A stretch of DNA of 64,000 bases, taken from Chloroflexota bacterium. GTDB taxonomy: Bacteria > Chloroflexota > Dehalococcoidia > Lucifugimonadales > UBA826. The DNA lies in contig QGNN01000001.1 in the NCBI GenBank assembly GCA_003228105.1, positions 6,761-70,760 of the forward strand, read 5' to 3'. Below are positions 8,954 through 17,852 of this stretch, piece after piece. Made by a program: the position numbers and the translations under genes. Numbering within the stretch: position 1 is the stretch's first letter; every line of letters starts with the position of its first letter. A model generated the notes under the pieces. It was not told the DNA's origin. It searched no databases and saw only the letters and a program-made list of their open reading frames with translations.

Positions 8954-9229
8954 ATGGCAGGTGAAGGAAAATTCGAAGTAGAAATAATTTATTGTGTGCC
9001 TTGAGCGCATCACGGAATGGCGGCCTGGATGGCCAACGAGTTTTTTGCTGAAGCAGGGAAAGATATTGCTATAAGAATCACGCCAGGAATAGGTGGAATC
9101 TATCAGGTATTTGCTGATGGAGAGAAGATATTTGATAAGGCAGAGGAAGATGGTGTGTTCCCGAATTTACCGAGAGTAAAAGAATTGAGGGCAATTATTA
9201 GGGAAAAATTAGCAGCCCCTGTTGCCTAG
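8954..9229 (+). CDS. Rdx-family (SelW-like) selenoprotein, Sec encoded by in-frame TGA at 9002-9004
   Basis: The ORF track gives only 9017..9229. The same frame stays open upstream through one TGA to ATG 8954, which lies 5 nt after GAAGGAGG. Read-through gives MAGEGKFEVEIIYCVP-U-AHHGMAAWMANEFF...ITPGIGGIYQVFADGEKIF...GVFPN. This is the beta1-CxxU-alpha1 motif plus the GG.F.V and FP motifs of the Rdx family. Confidence 0.85.
9019..9038 (+). promoter_or_regulatory. candidate bacterial SECIS hairpin
   Basis: GGCC-UGGAU-GGCC (9022-9034) starts 18 nt after the UGA and has a possible flanking G-C/U-G extension. The G-containing apical loop is at a distance compatible with bacterial SECIS elements. 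The stem is short and was not folded computationally. Confidence 0.3.
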
Positions 9230-9256
9230 ACTTTAATAAGTTTGAATTTCAGAAAA

Positions 9257-9298
9257 CCCCTGGGTTAGATTTCGATCCAACCCGGGGGTTTTCTGTTT
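9257..9298 (+). terminator. rho-independent terminator of the selenoprotein gene
   Basis: CCCCTGGGTT (9257-9266) pairs with AACCCGGGGG (9279-9288), giving 10 bp including one G-U. The stem is followed by TTTTCTGTTT. Confidence 0.7.
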
Positions 9299-9345
9299 AA
9301 ATTGTTTGTCAGACACCTCTTAATGGCGGAGAAATTTAGTAAGTT

Positions 9346-11634
9346 ATGGAAGTATTCGACGGTATTAATGTTATTGACACCACATCTGGCAAGGCTGGAT
9401 CTATTTGCTCAATGTTTTTGAGTGATAACGGGGCTAGGGTTTTGAGGGTTCCCGTAAAACAAAATATTAACCGAGATGATCCGGAATTTGCCACTTTACA
9501 CCGAGGGAAAGAACTCCATAATTTAGATCTAAAGACCCAGTACCCATTGTTTGAGAAACTTGTTCATAAGTCTGATGTTTTAATCGAGGATTTACTCCCT
9601 TTAGATCCATTGCAAAAAAGGATCGGGTTTCAAACCTTGAAAAAAGTGAATCCTGGATTGTTACATTGTTCGATTACCCCTTATGGCCAAAATGGATCTT
9701 TAAAGAATGAATCACCTATATCTGATTTGATCAAAGCTAGAACAGGTATTTTAGATAGTATGCCAGGGTTTGAGGAAGGTTCAACTCATGTCATGCATCC
9801 TGTCATAGACGTAGGGGCTGGTCTTTTGGCAGCTTTGGGACTAACGAGCGGGCTACTTCGCCGCCTTGAGAGTGGCGCTGGCCTGAAGATAAACACATCG
9901 TTGATGGCCGCTGGTCTTTTATATATGCCGAAAGCTACCGGAGATAGAGTTCGCCCACGACCTGTCAAAGTTACCCCAGTTGGAGGCGGGCCATTTTATA
10001 GTGTCTACGAATGCCAAGATGGGGAGTGGATTCAGCTGGGCTGCATTCACGCGGGATTTGTAGATATTGCCGCCACTGTTATGGGTATAGTAGAGGTTAT
10101 GTCTAACCCAAGATATGGGGACGGCCGCAACCCGGTTGATGAAGAAGCGAGGGTCGAGCTTTTTGGGATAGTGAAAAATGTTATGAAGACAAAGCCATCT
10201 CGTGAATGGGCCGAACTATTTGAATCAGTAGATGTCCCATTTGCTCATGCTGGCACAGCAGATGCGGCGATTGAAAATCAACAAGTTGTACATAACCAAA
10301 TGGTTCATGAATTAATTGATCCAATTTATGGCCCAATGATTCAATATGGGTTGCCTATAAAATTTTCTAATACTCCGGGTTCGATCAAAGGGCCGCGTGT
10401 GCTGGATTCCAGTAGTGAGATTACGTTAAAAAAATCCCTGCAAATTGAAAACAATCTTGAGAACCATGCCTTTAATAAGCTACCTTTAAATGGAATCAAA
10501 GTGGCTGACATCACGAACGTAATAGCTGGCCCCACAATGGGGAGACTCCTTGCTGATTTAGGAGCTGATGTACTTAAGATAGAACCTCCATACGGAGATA
10601 TCTCACGACCCTCTAGTGGAAGATATTTTCATGCCTTGAACGCGAACAAAAAATCGTTATCTATTGATGCTAAAAATGAAGTTGCACAGAAGGCCCTTCA
10701 GAAAATTGTCGGATCATGCGACGTTATGGTTGCGAATCTAAGGCCTGGTGCCACGGGTAGGATGGGATTGGATACGGAGACCTTAAGAAAATTCAATCCA
10801 AAAATGATAGAAGTACATGTAACTGCATTTGGTTGGGATGGCCCCTTTGCTAATAGGCCTGGGGTCGATCCTTTGGCTCAGGCCTGGATGGGTCTCCAAG
10901 TTGCGCAAGGCGGACAAGGTAATTCTCCATCTTTTCTCGCGCCTGTGGCCCCGACCGACTATACTGCCGGGTGCATGGGAGCCTTGGGGGCAGTTATGGC
11001 TCTTTATGCAAAAGAGAAGAGTGGGCTTGGCCAAGTGGTTAACACTAATTTACTTAATGCTGGGTGTTTGCTTTTGGAAGGCGATTTTTCTCGTTATAAA
11101 AATAAGATACAAAGACGAATATCCGATAAATCCCAGAATGGGCTTAGTGATTTTCACAGGTTATATCAAACTAGTGACGGCTGGATTTATGTGAGTGCTG
11201 AGGATTCAGCATCAGGGGATGCCCTGCTTGATGCCGTGGGATTAACAGGCCTTGGTCAGAAAAATCCTCGTCATGAACACTCAGAATTAGGCTCCCAGTT
11301 AGCAAAAGCTATAAAGCTCCATAATTCTAGATACTGGCTGGAGCTGATGCGTTCTAATGATATACCTTGTGCGGAATCAATAATTGACTATGAAGTGGAT
11401 TTTTTTAAGGATAAGCAGGCGATTCAAAACGATATGATATCAAAAAGTGTGCTTCATGATGGAAGTGCCTATGCTTTTTCTCATAACCTCATTCAATTTC
11501 CAGATTTGCCCATAACCCAAGTCAAACCAACCCCTCTTTTAGGGGAACATAGCCTTGAAATTCTTAGAGAATTCGGAATAGATGAGTCTGTGATTGATGC
11601 TATCTCCCAAAACGGATCTTTAGTAACATCGTGA
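9346..11634 (+). CDS. tandem-fused family III CoA-transferase (two CaiB/BaiF-like modules)
   Basis: 762 aa. Second half: LNGIKVADITNVIAGPTMGRLLADLGADVLKIEPP...PTDYTAGCMGALGAVMAL. First half is a diverged copy: FDGINVIDTTSGKAGSICSMFLSDNGARVLRV...PVIDVGAGLLAALGL. Confidence 0.75.
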   Translation: MEVFDGINVIDTTSGKAGSICSMFLSDNGARVLRVPVKQNINRDDPEFATLHRGKELHNLDLKTQYPLFEKLVHKSDVLIEDLLPLDPLQKRIGFQTLKKVNPGLLHCSITPYGQNGSLKNESPISDLIKARTGILDSMPGFEEGSTHVMHPVIDVGAGLLAALGLTSGLLRRLESGAGLKINTSLMAAGLLYMPKATGDRVRPRPVKVTPVGGGPFYSVYECQDGEWIQLGCIHAGFVDIAATVMGIVEVMSNPRYGDGRNPVDEEARVELFGIVKNVMKTKPSREWAELFESVDVPFAHAGTADAAIENQQVVHNQMVHELIDPIYGPMIQYGLPIKFSNTPGSIKGPRVLDSSSEITLKKSLQIENNLENHAFNKLPLNGIKVADITNVIAGPTMGRLLADLGADVLKIEPPYGDISRPSSGRYFHALNANKKSLSIDAKNEVAQKALQKIVGSCDVMVANLRPGATGRMGLDTETLRKFNPKMIEVHVTAFGWDGPFANRPGVDPLAQAWMGLQVAQGGQGNSPSFLAPVAPTDYTAGCMGALGAVMALYAKEKSGLGQVVNTNLLNAGCLLLEGDFSRYKNKIQRRISDKSQNGLSDFHRLYQTSDGWIYVSAEDSASGDALLDAVGLTGLGQKNPRHEHSELGSQLAKAIKLHNSRYWLELMRSNDIPCAESIIDYEVDFFKDKQAIQNDMISKSVLHDGSAYAFSHNLIQFPDLPITQVKPTPLLGEHSLEILREFGIDESVIDAISQNGSLVTS

Positions 11635-11643
11635 TATAAAGGC

Positions 11644-14430
11644 ATGTATCATATCGACAGAATAAACGAGAGCAATGTTCGTCTTTTGTCCATAGTAAGT
11701 GGTCTCGCATTTATCTTCGTCAGCATTAAGCTTTGGGATTATGAGTTTTATTTAATATCCCTCCCAACGCTCTTTGTCGGAATTATAGCTATTTTAATTA
11801 GCGCTAATAACTATCCGATTTCTATTCGGGAAAAGAATAACAGCCCTCAAACTCCCGGTGTCAGTTTAGGTAGCGAATCGTCGAAGATAATGTGGTTGAG
11901 ATTGACCGAGAAAACGGTTGGGTGGTTCCTAGTTGTTGCTTCGGGTACTTTATCAATATATGGATTCATGCTATTCGATAGGTCGGCGCTTGGAGCTGGG
12001 TGGATATGTTACCTGTTTTCGGTTTTGGCAATGGCGGCTGTACCTTTCTTATTTAGTGGGTCAAGGGTAGCGACTTCTAAACCCCTTATAAATTCCAGGT
12101 TAACAATTCCTATTCTCACGACCTTGTTAGTTATAGGCATAGTAGTTTTTGGGTTTCTCATACGTGTTTATAACATAAGTGAATTGCCTGCCGGTCTTTG
12201 GTATGACGAGGCAGATAACATCGTTAGAGCTGGACAGATACATGCCTCACCTCTGAATACTCCGGTGTTTGTTCCTTCGACACACCTCCCATCAGCCTTT
12301 TTGGTTCCTTTCGCGATGTTGCAGGAATTGACAGGTGTTCTCTGGTTGAATGGTCGACTTGTATCGGCTGGGTTTTCTGTAATTCTCATATTAGCTATGT
12401 TCTATTTTGCTAAAGATATATTTGGTGCTTTTTGGGGACTCGGGGGGGCGTTTTTGGTTTCCACTATGAGATGGAGTCTGAATTGGGGTCGAATTGGTAT
12501 GCACGGAATAACTGCTGCAGTTTTTGCTGCACTAACAGGATTCTTACTATGGAGATCCTTAGTTAGATGGAGCCCTTTTTGGTTCTTTTGGACGGGGCTG
12601 ACCCTTGGGATAGGAATGTGGTTTTATGCGCCGTTTCGGTTGTTTCCGGTAGTTATCCTGATTGGTTTAGGATTGAGAATTTACTCGGGGTTTCCAGGTT
12701 GGAGAAGATTATTTTACTGCTTAATGAGTATGGCCTTTGCCTCAATTATCAGTACAGTCCCCCTAATACAGTATTCCCTAAGAAATCCAGACATATTTTT
12801 TGAACGCACTAAAGAGACATTCATACTAAATCACCTTTCAGACGTGAATGCGGTTGAAGCTATATGGGAAAATATTGTTGAACATATATTTATGTTTCAC
12901 ATTTCAGGAGACCCAAACCCGAGACACAACTTACCTTTTGAGCCTATGTTGGATGATGTGACAGGCACATTGTTTATAGCCGGGATAATTCTTATTTTGG
13001 CCCAGTGGAGGCGGCCCCTGTTCCTATTATTTCCTTGTTGGGTTTTTGTAATGCTGGCGCCAGGGATATTTTCAGTTCCTTGGGAATCACCTCAATCATT
13101 GCGATCAATAGGAGTTATACCTGCGGTTTTGATTATAAGCATTGTGCCGTTAGTACATTTGTCGCGCCTTTTTAACTTAAACCCTAGGTGTATTTTCCGT
13201 AAAGGAGGGTTGGTTATGATTGTTATATTGTTTGGGGCTATAGGCTATTTCAATGTGAGTACATATTTCGGAAAACAAGCATCAGATCCTGACGTGTTTG
13301 CCGGTTTTTCTACCTCCGAGACCCTGATGGCAAAAGAAATGGTTAAACAATCACAGAATGGTTATACCCTGTATTCATCTAGGCAATTTCTTTATAGTCT
13401 TACTGCTTCTGTAATTTCTGGAAATGTTCATTATGAGCCATTATTTGCTCCAAGGGATTTACCTATTTCCCCCAATAGGGTTCTACACGGGGCGGCCATT
13501 TATTTGGAGCCTCGTGAGGCTGGTACTTATGATCTGCTGGGTGAATACTACCCGTCTGCTAAATTTAGGGAAATTATGGCCCCTGATGGAGTCGATCCTA
13601 TTTTGTACGAGGTCTTAATAAATAAGCAGCAGTTGATCGATAGTCTCGGAGTAAGGGCCACCTTTAAGAGAGAAGGTGACCTCGTAAAAACCGATAGATT
13701 CAATAATTTTTCATCCTCATGGTCTAAAGATTTACCAGGAATAGATTTGCCGGCAGGTTTTGTACTTCAAAGTAATTTACATGTGCGCCAACCGGGACTT
13801 TACCAATTTAAAGTGTCCGGTGATGGACAGTTATTTTTGGATGACATTTCAATTCAGAAAAATGGGGAGGGTATTAAATTAGGTATAGGGTTGCACTCAG
13901 TAAGACTTGAAGGGGTTGCGCATTCCGAATCAGGTTTTACGGAGTTATTATGGAGCCGTGACGGAAGTGTAATGGAAACTATATCTTCGACATTGCTTTT
14001 CTCAAATGAGAGACCTCCAATGGGATTGGCTGGAGTGTTTTATCAGGAATCTCAACCCCTAGTGTCACATGTAGGGCTCACTGCTGATACCTTTTACTAC
14101 GACCCGCCAATTGAAGGTCCTTATAATGCCGTATGGGCGGGGTTTTTGGAAATACCATTATCAGCAAAATACAAATTTTCTTTAACAGGAAACGGTGCTA
14201 TGAAACTGTTTGTGAATGACGTTTTGATCACTGAGACCACTTGGGATAGTGAATTCGGTCAATCAGAAGAAATAAGTATTCGCAGTGGGAAAGCCAGGAT
14301 TGAATTGCGGTACCTATCATCGACTGTTTCACCTCAATTCGAAATACTTTGGCAGGTGGGAGAAAATAGTGAAAACGTGATTCCTGTTAGCCTAATTAAA
14401 CCCGACCCAGAGTTCATGAGAGTTCCATAA
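11644..14430 (+). CDS. GT-C fold (ArnT/PMT, GT39/83-like) membrane glycosyltransferase with two C-terminal PA14-like domains
   Basis: 928 aa, roughly 12+ TM segments. YDEADN lies in the first periplasmic loop (GT-C DE motif). The C-terminal ~260 aa has two repeats with PA14-like patterns (GLYQFKVSGDGQLFLDDISI; AKYKFSLTGNGAMKLFVNDVLI; ...ELLWS / FEILWQ). Confidence 0.6.
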   Translation: MYHIDRINESNVRLLSIVSGLAFIFVSIKLWDYEFYLISLPTLFVGIIAILISANNYPISIREKNNSPQTPGVSLGSESSKIMWLRLTEKTVGWFLVVASGTLSIYGFMLFDRSALGAGWICYLFSVLAMAAVPFLFSGSRVATSKPLINSRLTIPILTTLLVIGIVVFGFLIRVYNISELPAGLWYDEADNIVRAGQIHASPLNTPVFVPSTHLPSAFLVPFAMLQELTGVLWLNGRLVSAGFSVILILAMFYFAKDIFGAFWGLGGAFLVSTMRWSLNWGRIGMHGITAAVFAALTGFLLWRSLVRWSPFWFFWTGLTLGIGMWFYAPFRLFPVVILIGLGLRIYSGFPGWRRLFYCLMSMAFASIISTVPLIQYSLRNPDIFFERTKETFILNHLSDVNAVEAIWENIVEHIFMFHISGDPNPRHNLPFEPMLDDVTGTLFIAGIILILAQWRRPLFLLFPCWVFVMLAPGIFSVPWESPQSLRSIGVIPAVLIISIVPLVHLSRLFNLNPRCIFRKGGLVMIVILFGAIGYFNVSTYFGKQASDPDVFAGFSTSETLMAKEMVKQSQNGYTLYSSRQFLYSLTASVISGNVHYEPLFAPRDLPISPNRVLHGAAIYLEPREAGTYDLLGEYYPSAKFREIMAPDGVDPILYEVLINKQQLIDSLGVRATFKREGDLVKTDRFNNFSSSWSKDLPGIDLPAGFVLQSNLHVRQPGLYQFKVSGDGQLFLDDISIQKNGEGIKLGIGLHSVRLEGVAHSESGFTELLWSRDGSVMETISSTLLFSNERPPMGLAGVFYQESQPLVSHVGLTADTFYYDPPIEGPYNAVWAGFLEIPLSAKYKFSLTGNGAMKLFVNDVLITETTWDSEFGQSEEISIRSGKARIELRYLSSTVSPQFEILWQVGENSENVIPVSLIKPDPEFMRVP

Positions 14431-14435
14431 TATAA

Positions 14436-15176
14436 ATGGACCCTTTATTTGTGGATATATTACTAACGCTTTTGGCCATATTTGTGGGAACTATGGTGTT
14501 GGTGATAGCAGGATTTGGTATAGCTATTGGGTCGTCTCCTATCATGTTGCTTACCGTGGATCCGCAGTCCACCGTTATTATCATCAATACAGTTTCACTT
14601 TTGGTTTTTGTTTTAATGATTTATCAAAATAGGCGGCATATAGATTACCGAGAAATGACTGTCCCAGTTATTTTCGGAATGATGGGGGTTCCTGTAGGGG
14701 TATACATTCTTTCCAATTCAAATCCTTCGGCCCTGAGAGTTTCGATTGCTCTTTTAATCATTTTTTTGGGGTTTGTTATGGCCCTAAATCCGACTATAGC
14801 GGCTATTAGGCATAAATTCACCTTGTGGGGAGCTGCTTTTTTGGTAAGCGCGATGATTACGTCTACAGGGATAGGAGGCCCCATCATGGCAATTGCAGCT
14901 TTGTCACGGGGATGGGATAGGGATTCAATTCGAGGTTCGCTTCCGTATTATTATCTATTCATCGAGACAACCGCGGTAATAGGTTATTTTATAACCGGTA
15001 TGTTTGATTCTGAGCGGCTGATACTGACTGGGGTAAGTATTTTTCCTGCCTTACTGGGTTTTTTGATTGCTTCTATGCTTGTGAAAAAAATCAATCAGAG
15101 CTACTATCGAGGATTAATCCTAGGTATAGTTATGTGTGCTGGTATTGCTATTTTAGTCAAAGAAGTTTTTATTTGA
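14436..15176 (+). CDS. TauE/SafE (DUF81) family anion exporter-like membrane protein
   Basis: 246 aa, about 7-8 TM segments, with internal two-fold membrane repeats typical of DUF81. Confidence 0.55.
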   Translation: MDPLFVDILLTLLAIFVGTMVLVIAGFGIAIGSSPIMLLTVDPQSTVIIINTVSLLVFVLMIYQNRRHIDYREMTVPVIFGMMGVPVGVYILSNSNPSALRVSIALLIIFLGFVMALNPTIAAIRHKFTLWGAAFLVSAMITSTGIGGPIMAIAALSRGWDRDSIRGSLPYYYLFIETTAVIGYFITGMFDSERLILTGVSIFPALLGFLIASMLVKKINQSYYRGLILGIVMCAGIAILVKEVFI

Positions 15177-15215
15177 TAAAACCTAACAGTGGCACTAGAT
15201 GAAATTTGATTAGGT

Positions 15216-16967
15216 GTGTGCATGAATTCTGAAGAACTGAAAAATTTGAGAGACTTGAGAGAAAGGATTAGGCATTCTACTGCCCATGTGATGGCAGATG
15301 TTGTCACACAACTTTACCCTGAGGCAAAACTTGCTATAGGGCCTCCTACTCAGGATGGGTTCTACTATGATTTTATGGTTGATACCCCTTTTTCTGATGA
15401 AGATCTAGCAAAAATAGAAACCGCTATGGGGAAAGTTATTTCTCAGGATTTACCTTTCATTTATGCCGAATATACCAGAGAGGAGATATCGGCTATGAAT
15501 CAATTGGAACCTCTCAAACTAGAGGTGATATCCGGTATTCCAGAACTTGAGGTAATTAGCACATATAGCCACGGAGAATTTGAAGATTTATGTGCAGGGC
15601 CTCATGTGGAATCTACGGGTAAGATACCTGCTTTTAAACTCTTGACTGTCGCCGGAGCATACTGGAGGGGTGATGAAAATCGGCAGATGCTGCAAAGGAT
15701 ATATGGGACAGCATTTGAAAGTCAGGCTAGTTTGGATGAACATCTTGAGAGGCTTGAGGAAGCTCAGCGTAGAGATCACAGGTCGTTAGGAAAGGAATTA
15801 GATTTATTTTCCATCCACGAGGAAACAGGACCTGGCTTGATAATTTGGCATCCAAAGGGAGCAAGAGTAAGAAGTATTCTTGAAGATTTCTGGCGCAAAG
15901 AACATTATAAGCGAGGCTACGATCTTGTATACACGCCAAATATTGGACGGGAAAATTTGTGGCAAACGAGCGGGCATTTAGATTTTTTCCAAGAAAACAT
16001 GTTCCCTCCTGCTGAAACAGATGGGCAAAATTACTATTTAAAACCAATGAATTGCCCTTTCCATATTATGTATTACAAATCCTCTTTACGTAGTTATCGT
16101 GATTTACCAATGAAAATAGGTGAGTTGGGTACGGTTTATCGCTACGAAAGAGGAGGTACGCTTCATGGGATGCTTCGCGTTAGAGGATTTACCCAAGACG
16201 ATGCACATATATTCTGTACCCCAGATCAGATCGAAAAAGAAATAGACGGTGTTTTGGATCTCACATTCGATTTAATGGAAGCCTTTGGATTTGATGATTT
16301 CACCATGAACTTGTCCACCAGACCTGATAAAGCAGTGGGGTCAGACGAACAATGGCAATTGGCTGAAAAATCTCTTATGAACACTTTGGATTCTAGAGGA
16401 TTAGATTACCAAATTGAAGAGGGCGGAGGAGCCTTCTATGGACCTAAAATCGATGTGAATATTAGAGATGCGATAGGTAGATCATGGCAGTGCACTACAG
16501 TCCAATTTGATTTTAATTTACCTGAGCGATTTGGGCTAACTTACATCGGAGATGATGGTGGTTCCCATCAGCCTTTTATGGTTCATAGAGTGATATTTGG
16601 TTCCCTGGAAAGATTTATGGGAATATTGATCGAACATTACGGGGGAGCTTTCCCTACTTGGCTAGCGCCAACACAAGTTCAAATCATCCCAATCGCTGAT
16701 AGACATAATAAGTATGCTACTTCCCTGCACAACCAATTGTCAGAAAGCGGAATAAGATCCGGCATAGATACTCGAAGTGAACGAATGAATGCTAAGGTTC
16801 GAGATGCCCAAATCAATAAAATACCGTATATGTTTATAGTGGGTGATAGGGAGGTGGAATCGGAAACTGTTGGTGTAAGGTTGAGATCAGGAGAGGATTT
16901 AGGGGCCCTTTCCTTAAATGAAATAAAAAAAAGGATTTCTTCTGAGGTGGAGGGTAAAATCACCTAA
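15216..16967 (+). CDS. thrS: threonine--tRNA ligase (lacks the N-terminal TGS domain)
   Basis: 583 aa. Editing-domain start RHSTAHVMA...GPPTQDGFYYDF is followed by a class II core (HRSLGKELDLF, FQFD-type segment TVQFDFNLPERF) and an anticodon-binding C-terminus. The start may instead be ATG 15222. Confidence 0.9.
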   Translation: MCMNSEELKNLRDLRERIRHSTAHVMADVVTQLYPEAKLAIGPPTQDGFYYDFMVDTPFSDEDLAKIETAMGKVISQDLPFIYAEYTREEISAMNQLEPLKLEVISGIPELEVISTYSHGEFEDLCAGPHVESTGKIPAFKLLTVAGAYWRGDENRQMLQRIYGTAFESQASLDEHLERLEEAQRRDHRSLGKELDLFSIHEETGPGLIIWHPKGARVRSILEDFWRKEHYKRGYDLVYTPNIGRENLWQTSGHLDFFQENMFPPAETDGQNYYLKPMNCPFHIMYYKSSLRSYRDLPMKIGELGTVYRYERGGTLHGMLRVRGFTQDDAHIFCTPDQIEKEIDGVLDLTFDLMEAFGFDDFTMNLSTRPDKAVGSDEQWQLAEKSLMNTLDSRGLDYQIEEGGGAFYGPKIDVNIRDAIGRSWQCTTVQFDFNLPERFGLTYIGDDGGSHQPFMVHRVIFGSLERFMGILIEHYGGAFPTWLAPTQVQIIPIADRHNKYATSLHNQLSESGIRSGIDTRSERMNAKVRDAQINKIPYMFIVGDREVESETVGVRLRSGEDLGALSLNEIKKRISSEVEGKIT

Positions 16968-16988
16968 CAGATCTACTATCTAATTTTG

Positions 16989-17017
16989 TTGATCACCTAC
17001 TCTAGGTGTGCTATATT
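16989..17017 (+). promoter_or_regulatory. putative promoter of infC-rpmI-rplT
   Basis: TTGATC (16989-16994), a 17-nt spacer ending in TGc, then TATATT (17012-17017). Confidence 0.4.
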
Positions 17018-17071
17018 CATTATGGTTCAGTGTATCCACTGGACTATTTATTTTGTACAAGGGGAAGCAAC

Positions 17072-17638
17072 ATACCTAAAAATTATCGGGTTAACGATCA
17101 AATAACTGCCCAATCTGTGCTGGTTGTTGATGACGAAGGGAATCAGCTGGGTGACTTGCCTACCGACAAGGCAATAGAAATGGCGATGGAGAAAGGCCTG
17201 GACCTCGTGGAGGTAGCAGAATCAGCCAATCCGCCAGTCTGTCGATTGTTGAATTATGGGAAATTCAAGTATGAAGCTACTCGTAAAGAACGTGAAGCCA
17301 GAAAAGCCTCCAAAACCAAATCTAATAACTCCGTGCGAGAAGTGCGGATGAAGACACGAATTGGAGCTCATGACAGGGAAGCCAAAACTAGATTAGTGAA
17401 AAGACTGCTAACTGAGGGCTCCAAGGTGCGAGTTTCGGTCATGTTTAGAGGGCGAGAGGTACAACACCCTCAAATAGGTATGGCTTTGCTCAAACACGTG
17501 GCAGAAGATCTACAAGAAGATGCATTATTGGAAAAAGCCCCTTCTTTTGAAGGCAGATTTTTGGCTATGATTTTGGCCCCTGGTCCATCTTTAAAAAAGA
17601 ATACAAATAATAGGGAATCAGAAAGTGCCAAAACTTAA
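17072..17638 (+). CDS. infC: translation initiation factor IF-3, probable non-canonical ATA start
   Basis: IF-3 homology begins at (I/M)PKNYRVNDQITAQSVLVVDDEGNQLG...KGLDLVEV. In-frame ATA 17072 lies 6 nt after AAGGGGA. The track's GTG 17006 sits inside the predicted promoter and adds a non-homologous N-terminus. Confidence 0.8.
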   Translation: MPKNYRVNDQITAQSVLVVDDEGNQLGDLPTDKAIEMAMEKGLDLVEVAESANPPVCRLLNYGKFKYEATRKEREARKASKTKSNNSVREVRMKTRIGAHDREAKTRLVKRLLTEGSKVRVSVMFRGREVQHPQIGMALLKHVAEDLQEDALLEKAPSFEGRFLAMILAPGPSLKKNTNNRESESAKT

Positions 17639-17831
17639 AACTCATAAAGGTGCAAAGAGGCGTTTCAAAGTGACGGGGACAGGAAAGTTGATGAGGATGA
17701 AAGGTCTAAGAAGCCACCTGCGCAGGAAAAAGCCAAAAAGTGTAAAAAGATTATACTCTGGAACATTGCCTGTTAGCGAATCCGATGTGCCTCGAATTAA
17801 GAAGCTGCTTCCGTACAGTAAAAAATCGTAA
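17625..17831 (+). CDS. rpmI: 50S ribosomal protein L35
   Basis: 68 aa, MPKLKTHKGAKRRFKVTGTGK, GTG start, overlaps the infC 3' end. Confidence 0.9.
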   Translation: MPKLKTHKGAKRRFKVTGTGKLMRMKGLRSHLRRKKPKSVKRLYSGTLPVSESDVPRIKKLLPYSKKS

Positions 17832-17852
17832 TTTCAGACAGGAGATCTTTAG

